A stretch of DNA of 64,000 bases from Ostrea edulis (Eukaryota), in contig NC_079170.1 of NCBI RefSeq assembly GCF_947568905.1, forward strand, positions 53,754,001-53,818,000. The letters run 5' to 3'. The position numbers were made by a program, and so were the translations under genes. Under the pieces are notes generated by a model. The model worked only from the letters and a program-made list of their open reading frames with translations, did no database searches and was not told the DNA's origin. This document shows, piece by piece, positions 1 through 10,400 of this stretch (within the stretch, counting starts at the first letter, position 1; the number at the start of each line of letters is the position of its first letter).

Positions 1-53
1 AAGGTTTTACATGCAAATATATATGGAAAGTCTTCAGATATGGGCCAAGGTGA

Positions 54-88
<35 letters not shown>
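1..88 (-). mobile_element. End of a non-autonomous Helentron/Helitron-like element (truncated by window edge)
   Basis: The minus strand reads AACAAGAGGCCCATGGGCCACATCGCTCACCTGAG, which I recall as a terminal motif of bivalve non-autonomous Helentron-type repeats. Not verified by search. Confidence 0.6.
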
Positions 89-316
89 GTATGAGGAACT
101 ACTAAATGAATATTTCTGTCATATTATATCATTCAATATGTGTTTTATTTTCATGTATGTTAGATAACAGTGCCACATTATTCTAGTACGGAGAGTAATC
201 CCAAACGTCCTATGTTCATAGCAGATTTTCAATCATCAATAACGTCACAACACTCAAAAGTCCAACAAAATCAACAAAGTGTTATCATATCAAACTGAAT
301 TCATTGCAATGCGATA

Positions 317-319
<3 letters not shown>

Positions 320-393
<74 letters not shown>

Positions 394-394
394 C
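320..394. repeat. (CA)n microsatellite
   Basis: Near-perfect CA run. Confidence 0.98.
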
Positions 395-877
395 GTTGTT
401 CTCAATTCTTTTGATTTGATCACTAAAATATGTTGAAAACGCACAGAGGAAATAGAATGAATGGCGAAGATGACAATTTAAATTATACCGTGAACATTAT
501 AATAATGATCCGAAAAAAGGAACAAAATCTGATTTTTTTTCTGTAATCAATTCAATGATTACTTTTATTATCACTCTTGACATATCTTTAAACAAATGTA
601 TTATTTCTGATCTTCAATCAGTAGAGTGTGATATTGACTACACTGCTGTTTTGGAAACTTTTGTAATTAGCTTTATCAAAAACTAAAAGAAAATTTTAAA
701 ATCCATAATAGATACCGCTAACTACAACAATTTTCGATAAAGCAATCTGCAAAATTTGGAGGCGGTGCTTATAAGTGCAATTGTAGGCGGTGCTTGTAAT
801 GCAAAGGTGTAAGATAAGGTTTGAGAGTGACTACACAATTTCATAAAGTTGATGATGCGTGTACAAGCAAACTGAAG

Positions 878-2041
878 ATGGGACATAGATTTGGAGTAAA
901 ACTTGTATTGGCTTGTTTTCTTATTCAGGAAGTGAACTGTCTGTACAGGTCAGATTTATATCAATACATACAGGACATATCGGACCCTTTGGTTTCACCA
1001 ATGGAAAGCGACACCGAGGTGTTGGAGGTTGCGTTTGGTATGTATTTATTATCGATACAAAAAGTAGACGAAAGAACTCAGGTGTTTTCTGCATCGATGG
1101 GAGTTTTAGTGTTCTGGGAAAATAAACGGTTATCATGGAATGCCTCTCTCTACAGTAATATATCATCCGTGTATTTTCCTGCAGAAAAGGTATGGTTTCC
1201 AAGATCGGTCTGCATTTATAATGCCGTATTCGTTGATAAAAAGTGTCTCTCCAAAGATTCCACCGTGCTAATTGGTGCTGAAGGATGGAATATGTTAGCA
1301 GAATATCCTGATGTTTCTATCTCTTGCAAGATGAATCTGAAATACTACCCGTTTGATGAACAGATCTGTACCATTATGTACATTAACCGCATGCCATTAA
1401 CGGATAAACTTCGTTTCAGAATTTCTTTGCTGAACAAAGTAGATTTGTCATATTTTACCAAACACGCAGAATGGGAGGTTATAGATGCTTCTTTGGAATT
1501 AAAAGATATGTTCAATGACCTGATAGATGATAAGCAACTGCTTATACATATCCGACTAAAGAGAATGCCATTTTTAGCAGTCTGCTCGAATCTTCTCCCT
1601 GTTTGGATTTTATCAGCCTTGAATGTTGTCTGTTTCCTAATTCCCGTCAAATGTGGAGAAAAATTGGGCACATGCATGTCAATATTTTTGACCTTTGCAG
1701 TGTTTCTGACGGTCATGAAGGAATTCATGCCACAGGCATCTGACGAAGTCTCGTATTTTCTCGTCTACCTGTTCACTCAGTTAACGGTAAGTGGTTTGGT
1801 CGTTGTTTTGGAAGCCATTGTTCTACGTGTTCACCACCAACAGGAAGACTCGAGACTGATTGCAAACGAAAGAAAAAATAAAACGAAGAGAGATTTGACC
1901 ATAAAAAACGACAAGAGGCTCAATAAAAAGCATATACGAATTTCCAGTGGAACACTCGAAAAAATGTTTGGAATATTGGTAATTTCCATGAATATATCAT
2001 CACTGGTTTTATTTTTGATATTCACATTGTTAGCAATATAA
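878..2041 (+). CDS. Intronless Cys-loop ligand-gated ion channel subunit (nAChR-like, non-alpha, predicted cation-selective), 387 aa
   Basis: ATG at 878 followed by a signal-peptide-like segment. Cys-loop C-x13-C (CKMNLKYYPFDEQIC), four hydrophobic TM segments, GEK motif before M2, short M3-M4 loop. The ORF-track start at 821 is a TTG. Confidence 0.92.
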   Translation: MGHRFGVKLVLACFLIQEVNCLYRSDLYQYIQDISDPLVSPMESDTEVLEVAFGMYLLSIQKVDERTQVFSASMGVLVFWENKRLSWNASLYSNISSVYFPAEKVWFPRSVCIYNAVFVDKKCLSKDSTVLIGAEGWNMLAEYPDVSISCKMNLKYYPFDEQICTIMYINRMPLTDKLRFRISLLNKVDLSYFTKHAEWEVIDASLELKDMFNDLIDDKQLLIHIRLKRMPFLAVCSNLLPVWILSALNVVCFLIPVKCGEKLGTCMSIFLTFAVFLTVMKEFMPQASDEVSYFLVYLFTQLTVSGLVVVLEAIVLRVHHQQEDSRLIANERKNKTKRDLTIKNDKRLNKKHIRISSGTLEKMFGILVISMNISSLVLFLIFTLLAI

Positions 2042-3024
2042 TCACGTTATTTAAGCGAAATATTGACTTCTTATAATACGAAGAGAAGTCAGTCATTTCT
2101 ATTTTCTGTTTGATAGGATATTTGCCGTGTTTGATAAGTGACGAATCTGGATCTGCTTTTTAAAACTTGATCCGCAAATGTACCATCAGATCTTCTTCTG
2201 CACGAAGCAAAGATGTAGCTGAGAGTGTAGTTTTTACATTAGATAGTGACATCGCTGAATTTCTCTTGTAGGTTTTAAGTTGATTTCACCAAAATTCAGA
2301 CAGACTGGTCAAATAACAGTCTGAATAAGAAACAAACAGACTGTCATGGGTCACCATTTGATGCTACATTACAAAAATAAAATTACTGCTTTTGTGTTTT
2401 TGAAATGTTTTATTATACCATTGAATTACAAACCTTCATTTTAAATCGGATTATAGATTCGTTTTAAACAAACAAGGGGATGCTTTTTCATTATAAAACG
2501 CAGACTATTTATGAGGATGAGATTCCACATTGTTCATATTTCTTGTAACCATAGAGCGAAGTATTGTTCCATGCACGCTCCTAATGACTAAATCCATTAG
2601 CAAGGCAAACACATTAAACATGAATAACTTCAATGGAGGTACTGCCTGAAACGTGTATTTAATCAATCAATGAATTTAATGTACTTCGTGTGAACGAGTT
2701 AACAAAGACAATAGGGTCACATTGATGTAATTCGTGCGATATCAAATGAATGTCATGTAAACAATGGAGTATGATTCGTTGTCATTATTGGGGGAGGGGA
2801 TTATGAACGCCAGGAATGTACGAAAATTAAGGGACGGGTCAATATTTATCAAGGGGTTGGGACCGGTTCTTTCCATATTACCATTCTTCAAAAATCGTAT
2901 GCCCTATCTTCTATAAAGAATACAAATACAAAAGTTGCTGTGCCATATCAGATGTACAATAACAATGTGTGTGTCTTATTTAATAAATAAATATATGAAT
3001 GAAAAGAAGTGAAATTGTTGTTTA

Positions 3025-3028
<4 letters not shown>

Positions 3029-3071
<43 letters not shown>
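3029..3071. repeat. (TA)n microsatellite
   Basis: Perfect TA run. Confidence 0.97.
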
Positions 3072-3074
<3 letters not shown>

Positions 3075-3215
3075 AACATGAACGAAATATATAATTAAAC
3101 AACAATTTTACAACATTATCATTGTTACAGATCACATATAACAGTCGTGGTTTAGTACGTATATGCAATACGTATACGGTCTGATATGATTTTTGTTCAT
3201 GAATTTTTAAATTAC

Positions 3216-3560
3216 AGTTAAGGTTGTATAGAATATTTTTAATGTTGCAGATCTGTTTATAGTTAAGGTTGTATAAAATATGTTAAATGTTGCAGTTCTG
3301 TTTATAGTTAAGGTTGTATAGAATACATTAAATTTACCTGACCAAGATATAGGGCTCACGGCGGGTGTGACCGGTCGACAGGGGTTGCTTAATCCTCCTA
3401 GACACTTAATTCCATCTCTGGTTTATCCAGGAGTCCGTGTTTGCCCAACTCTCTACTTTGTATTGCATATAGGAGTTATGGGATTGATCGCTGTTCGTTT
3501 TCTTTCATGTTACAGTTCTGTGTATAGTTAAGGTTGTATAGAATATATTAAGAGTTGCAG
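3216..3560. repeat. 45-bp minisatellite interrupted by a retroelement fragment
   Basis: AGTTAAGGTTGTATA recurs at 3216, 3261 and 3306, then at 3526 after the insertion. Confidence 0.8.
3335..3510 (+). mobile_element. Penelope-like retroelement 3'-end fragment
   Basis: Shares GATATAGGGCTCACGGCGGGTGTGACCGGTCGACAGGGG...GATTGATCACTGTTCG with other copies in the window. Confidence 0.8.
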
Positions 3561-5664
3561 TTTTGTTTATATGATGTTGTAAAAATGCTAATTATGATGG
3601 ACTCCAGAAATTTCAAAAATAATTTCGAAAAATTCATAATTTTAAAAATCTCTGGAGTTCTTCATAATTATCACACACAAATGTGTCTCTCCATTGTTAT
3701 ATCAGCTCTTGTAAAACTTTTGTTCACCATGTCATGTTTGTTCAGTAATATTTGTCTAGCGAGGTTACAAATCTCATGATTTTCAACATAATTTTTTGTT
3801 TTGTTAAATTTTTGTTTAAAGTACTACATTTTGCATATTTCTAAATCACTGTTTTAGTGAATTGTTATCTCGTGTACATACAAGAATTTTTCACATCTCA
3901 GTATTTTCTATCAAATTATTAAGGATATGTTTAGATTTTCGTTAAATTCTGGTCTGTATCCTTCTAGTTATGACCCTCATGATATGACATTTCTATTTTC
4001 TATGACTGAAATCCATACTCCATGCAAAACGTACATGTAATCTTTTGCATTGCAATCTTATTCACAGCTAAATGGTTATTTTGTGATTTTAATTACATGT
4101 TATAATTACACAAAAGATTCAAAGGTCCAGTATTTATTGCAAATTGTCTGTATGTTCAACTTGGACATGAAATAAAGCACATACTTCAGTATTGTTGTTT
4201 GTATTAAAAATAGAGAAGTTCTAGGATTTGAATTAGTAGTTTGAAATTCTTTTTTATATTTTTTTCATTGATACATTTTCAATAAAAATATTGCTGTTCT
4301 ATCAGTGTTGAAAATTACAAAGTTGGAGTCCTATCAGTATATATGAGCCAATAAAGATGTGTGTCCTGTCGTATTTTGCCCCGGCCCCAACTCCAGTTCA
4401 GTTCAGTTTATTTTCGTTCAAACCATGGAATGGTACATGAGGTAACTACTAACACATCATATCGTTGACCCATTCGTTACTTTAAACGGAACAGCCAATA
4501 CACCCTTTGACCTTGACGACTCTCCATATTTGGTAATGATTACACGGACAGGTGAGTTTGCAACAAACATGTCTTCATTGTCAGTGATGAAAGGAATGCC
4601 AATTTCAGAAGACAGGAAAATATTCAGTGAATGTAAATATTCGACTACATTCGGCCAGCCTTGATTTGTCAAACAAACCATCGGTCGAACACTGATTCAA
4701 CATAACCATGCCACTGTCCATCTTCCCGAGTCAAGGGTTTCTGATCCGCCCCGAGGGTCACCATTGGCCTTCTCATGGATGGAATAAATAGTGGAAAACA
4801 CAACAAAACTGAGTAAAGGCATGTTATAAAGTTAATTTTCAATTACTCCAGGTATACAAATAGAATTTAATATTTTTCATCAGGTAGGCTTTCTACACAG
4901 AAACAAATTGATGATCTCATATTGTATTTTGTCTGTAAAAAGGGACGGTTCGGACCCCCTTGACCCCCTCTCTGGATCCGCGGTTGTTTCCGGTTAATTT
5001 TTTTTTTTAAAATCCTTAAAAGGTTTACACATTGCAGACTAGTTCCTTGTTTGCATAACGTTTACATTATCTTGAAGTACTTGGAAGATGTTTGTCATTT
5101 TCAGATTCCAAAGACATCTTTACAGAATTTCGCGACGGATCTAGAACTTGCAATACCTTTCTCAACATTGCCGAACTGCAATCTTGTATTTCCGGACTGC
5201 CTCTGATCGATTTAGGGTACTAGTCAGTGGGTAGCTCAAAACCTTTGCTAAAGTGGTTAGTTTAGCCACTGGTGAAATTTACTATCCACTCTATAACTAA
5301 CCATGTTGCTCAATGTGTATTTAGCCCTAGGGTTAACTAACCAACGGTTATGTACATGTACATTTAACCATTGCTTAGTGTCCCATAATGCAACATCTTT
5401 CGTCTGACATGTAAACAGTAATGACTGCCTTCAATGTAGATATGGCACATGAAATGAAAACGTTTCACCTGAGCGGACGCTGTTCTTAGTTCACCAGGTG
5501 GGACGGCCTTCATATCAGTAAGTATATTCTACTCAACGTCATAGATATGTGATAGTTAAATTGATAAAAAAAAAACTTTATGTAACTGAACCCTGAAGGT
5601 TATCGTTGTTTGTATTGAGCATTAGATCTGTAAATCATATCCAATTCAGAGTGGTGTATTAAGA

Positions 5665-6480
5665 TAAAGATAACGAACAGTGATCCATCCCATAAAGAAC
5701 ACAAAATTAACAGTAGGGCAAACATGAACCCCTGCACATACCAGAGGTGGGATCAGGTGCCTAGGAGGAAGTATCCTCTAATGGCTGGTCACATCCGCCG
5801 AGAGCCCTATATCTTGATCAACTAAACAGAGTAATTTGTAATCAAATTCAGTATTTAAAGAACTGCTTAACAATTAGTATGAAACACGCCAGATACCACT
5901 CGACCTAACGACAGGTTGTATTTGCATAAATATCACCATAACGACCAAAAAATTTACGAAATATTGACTTTAAACGAGACTGTTGAAATCCCTGTAACAT
6001 AAACTTGTTTGTCAGTAGCCTGCCTAGATGTAAGAACTGATCATACGCAGAACAAGCTCTTGCATATCGAATAAGTTGAGAGAAAACACTATTTGAAGGT
6101 GATAATGGAATATTGCTACATAAATATGGGCAGTTGATGACAAAGAAGCTTAAATCATTCCGTTTGTCATAAATTAAGTTGTTAGTTTGTTGTCAACATC
6201 TATGTTCAATAAAATATCTCAGTACAAAGCAAATGTGGAAGACCCTGCACTATGGTGTCTTGTTTGTAGGCGAATTAAACAATTGACCATGATAAAGAGA
6301 ATAAACGACTACTGGTTCATCGTCGCAAAGAAATAATGTATCGCAAAGTCTAATTTTGACAGGAAGACCACACAAAGTGTCCCGACAGCAACATTTTAGA
6401 AAATACTACATCAAGAAAATATCAATAGATCTCATTAAAAGAACAAGCATGCGGTATATACTGTTTTCAGGATAAAAAAG
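5665..6480 (-). mobile_element. Penelope-like retroelement fragment (3' UTR plus decayed RT C-terminus)
   Basis: Colinear with the copies at 21490 and 44385; starts at the shared AAGATAACGAACAGTGATC end. Confidence 0.8.
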
Positions 6481-6542
6481 TCTATCAACTATATCTCGCC
6501 CTCTCTGAAGATTTGCTAGTTTTAAGGTTCATTCATTATAGA

Positions 6543-6905
6543 TGTGAAAGTTGAAGATAACGAATAGTGATCAATCTCATAACTCCTATAAGCAATACAA
6601 AATAGATAGTTGGGCAAATACGGAACCCTGCATACATGTAAACATGTACCAGAGTTGGATCAAGTGCCTAGGAGGAGTAAGCATCCCCTGTCGACCGGTC
6701 ACACCCGCCATGAGCCCTATTTCTTGATCAAGTGAACGGAGTTATCCATAGTCAAAATCAGAGAGCCAGAAACGGTCTAACAATCGGTATGAAACACATA
6801 ATACAGCATTTGACCCAATGATAGATTGTATTGACAAACGAGATTGTTATAACGACCATAAAATTTGCGAAATGCTAATCTTAAACAAGATTGTTGAAAC
6901 CCCTA
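6543..6905 (-). mobile_element. Penelope-like retroelement 3'-end fragment
   Basis: Same family motif: GAAGATAACGAA...GGAGGAGTAAGCATCCCCTGTCGACCGGTCACACCCGCC. Confidence 0.85.
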
Positions 6906-7112
6906 CACCACAAAGTGAGCCGGTAGTCGGACAAACTTCTTTACGGTTCACCGTACATATTGTAGTTGATTTAATCTTTTACACAAGATTTCGAAATAGG
7001 AAGTCTCTACTGATGTCAGGTACTTATTCTCATGTGATATATGTAATTCGATACGGTAGTTATATATGGTTGTTTTCCAAGACTTTTTCGTAGGTAATCA
7101 TCGTTTACAATA

Positions 7113-7250
7113 GAAGTATAATCATGTTAACTGGAGGACGGATATATTTCTACATATGCAAGTGGTTCTCTCGGAATTCAGGAAGTATAATCATGTTAAC
7201 TGGAGGACGGATTTATTTCTATATATACAAGTGGTTCTCTCGAAATTCAG
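7113..7250. repeat. 69-bp direct tandem duplication just downstream of the NWD-like stop codon
   Basis: GAAGTATAATCATGTTAACTGGAGGACGG occurs at 7113 and 7182. Confidence 0.9.
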
Positions 7251-7254
7251 GATG

Positions 7255-7403
7255 TCAGACGCCAGTTTTTATGGTTTCAGGTTCGTCAACTAAATCCATA
7301 TCAGTATCATCTTCATCCGACACAATTTCTTCGTCGTCATCTTGATCATCCTTGTCATCTTCAAAGTCAGTTTCCTCGATTAAATGTGTTGCCAGATTCA
7401 AAA
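7255..7403 (-). CDS. NWD-like terminal coding exon 29 (acidic tail)
   Basis: D/E-rich frame ending in TGA at 7255; phase fits exon 28. Confidence 0.72.
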
Positions 7404-10400
7404 CTGTATAATACAAAATATCATAATTCTCATCTCTGCATCCTTGTGAGCTACAGTCATGGTTAAATGCAAGTACAAGACATAAACCAACAAAATGTAA
7501 CAGAAACACCTTTTAAAGTAAATATTTGAAACGAAGGAACAGTCACTACTATAGGTTTGACGAAGCGCCAGGATCGAGCCCGGGAATTTCGATTTCGAAG
7601 CGAGCTCCCTGACCACCACCGATGAGGAAGGCGTAAAATGAATATCACAGTTTTTTTTTTTACAAAATGTCGTGTATTGTCACATAAAGAACTGTATATG
7701 ATAATAGCCTTTCCGGGCTAAAAAAGTAAAACTATATGGCAAGCCAGAATCTTCAATTTCATATAAGATACGTAAAATTTAGTTTAATGTAGTTTGTCTA
7801 TACTACGTATTTACCGTCATTTGGAGAAAGAGGACCAGAATGAACTCAACATCTTGTTTCTTACCAACATTTTATTAAAATGCTCATTTTTATTTCAGAG
7901 AACATCTCGCACCTTTGGACAAACAAATTTCTTCTATCACATGTACTAGAAAGAATAATCGTAGATAATACAAGACTTCGCGCGATGTTTATGTCCGGTT
8001 CTACCATCGAATGCTTTGGAGAAATACAGCCCTTAACATATGTAGTCCTTTATAAATCAATTAAACTCTGAATGGATGGTATGTATAGGTTATCACATGA
8101 AAGTTTTGATCTCGGTCCTGGTATCGGCCAGGTTTGTAGGCTGAGTGCCAAATCCATACCGAGGTCTGATGTGATGTAGTTTATATCAAATACTAAAACA
8201 CAATCCAACATGAATCGAATTGTTGATAAGCAACATGTGAAGGAAATTGAAAGAAATACCAACACCTCGTAAATGCGAGAAGGCATGATACTATATATAC
8301 CTTGTCCTGTGAACAAGGTCTGATGGATCTCCTCGCGGGTGCAGTGGCTAGGGTTTCCTTTCAGGGTCCAGTGAATGACTCTGCCAGGTTTAGACTCACA
8401 CGTAACAAAACCCCTGTTACCATCCAAACATAATACCTTTGGTTGCTAGAGAAAAGTAATTATGATTCGTTGTCAATATTAATATTTGTTGTTCTTTCGT
8501 CTTTCACATGATTTTTACTAGTTTTTGAGCTTGACTATGCACCTAATATAAAATATTACATTCATGAAATTTTATATACATATATACAGAACAGAAATAG
8601 TCAGAAGAATAAAACTTTTGATATTTTCAGAAAAATCCTCTATCATGATATATACTTTTTAATTACACATTTATCGTGAAGATCAAACAACGATAACATT
8701 TGTTTCATTTCTAACAGATTGTAACGATGAAAACACAAAAACCTTGTAGGAAATTGTTTAAAAGAGCGAAATTAAAATGACAAATTTGACAGAAATGAAG
8801 ACATCGGGTTGATATGTTTTTTTGCTCCCCCGGATATGTTGGCTTTCAACGACTGTGTAGCAGTTTTAATGATCGTCCGTTAGTCCCATGTTATTCACCT
8901 TGCACCGTGATTTCGAGTGCTCAGGGTTTCAGACGAGACACTGGATGGGTTGAAACGTATTATAAAAAAGCATTTTCATTGCGTTTGAGGCCAAGTAAAC
9001 TATTTGCCACTCCACATAGGCGATAGTTTACTTCTCCAGGCATATTCATAAACCACGCTCAATGTCCACAACCATTCTGGTCTATATAAGATTAGGTTTC
9101 CTAGGACTACCTACTCCTTCTAAATATCCATTTAGTTTCATTTTAATATCAATAGCATTAAAGCAGATATCATTTACATATTTTGCACATATATGTATAC
9201 ACTATATATACCAAGTTTCGTCCCGCCAAAGTTACAATTTTGGTAGAGGCCTTCCTGCTCTATATCACTATGCATTTAGTTTTTCTTTTTTAAAAATTGG
9301 TCAATTTTTGCCCCGCCCCTAATGCCCAAGGGGTGCGGGAGTACTAGAATATACGATTTATTTCCCCCTTGTCCCAAATATATTTTATACCGAATTTGAA
9401 AGGAATTGGAATGGCAGTTATCAAAAAGAAGTTAAAAATGTTCTATTATTTACACATTTAATAACTGACTATTTTGGCCCCACCCTGATACCAAAACTCC
9501 TACCCCTGTGATCATTATCTATTTAGTTTTAATTTAGTATCAACAGCACTAACGAGGATGTTATTTAAGTGTTTTACACAAACACTATATACCACGTTTG
9601 ACCCCACCCTGGGGTCAGAACCCCTACCCCGGGGACCATGAAAGTCACAAGTTCGGTAGAGGTATCCCTGCTCTATATCACTATACATTTAGTTTTTCTT
9701 ACACATTTGCAGTTGTAGAGAAGATTTTTGAAAATTAGTAAATTTTTGGGAGTCTTTGCCCCGCCCCAAGGCCACAGGAGACCTGAAATGTACAATGTAT
9801 GTCAGCTTTTTTCCAAAGATGCTTCATACCAAATTTGAAAGGAATTAAAATGGCAGTTACCAAGAAGTTAAAAATGTTTATTTGTTAACGCATGACGGAC
9901 GTAGACCAATTGCAATAGGTCACCCGAGTAAAGTCAGGTTACCTAAAGAACGATGAAATGATGACAAAATCATCAATCATCAGCCATTACATAAAATTAC
10001 TATAAGCAATGATTTCTGAAAACAGTTTTTTATGTATGCTAAATTGTATTGGAAGTTATACTAACGTAAGTATCGTGTCTGAATGATGTCACACATTGAA
10101 ACGTATCTGTACTCCATATTCGGAAGGTTTCCTCTCTGTCCATAACAGCGTTTGATAAAAAGTAAGGATTTCCGGGAGCAGAAAATAATTCGGTAGAGGT
10201 GTAGTGTCCTAATAATCTCTTCACCAATTCTCCTAAATAACACACATAAAATACAGGAGAAATGACCAAAAACAAAGAATGATTGACTATATCCTTCGTA
10301 CGATAAAAAGTCGAAGAGGAAAATAGCAAAAGGCAAACATAAAAAAGAAAATTTGTACAGTAGGGTTTAGAATTCATTTAACAACGCGATTGAATGGCAA

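Noticed and set aside
821-877. N-terminal extension of the receptor ORF
   Set aside because: It starts at TTG; the ATG at 878 directly precedes the signal-peptide-like segment.
4457-4681. 74-aa ORF with faint beta-propeller (NHL-like) character
   Set aside because: No convincing motif, splice context or continuation.
8930-8965. Hammerhead-like string CAGACGAGAC...GTTGAAACGTA
   Set aside because: The core box is broken (CAGA instead of CUGA) and stem I cannot form.
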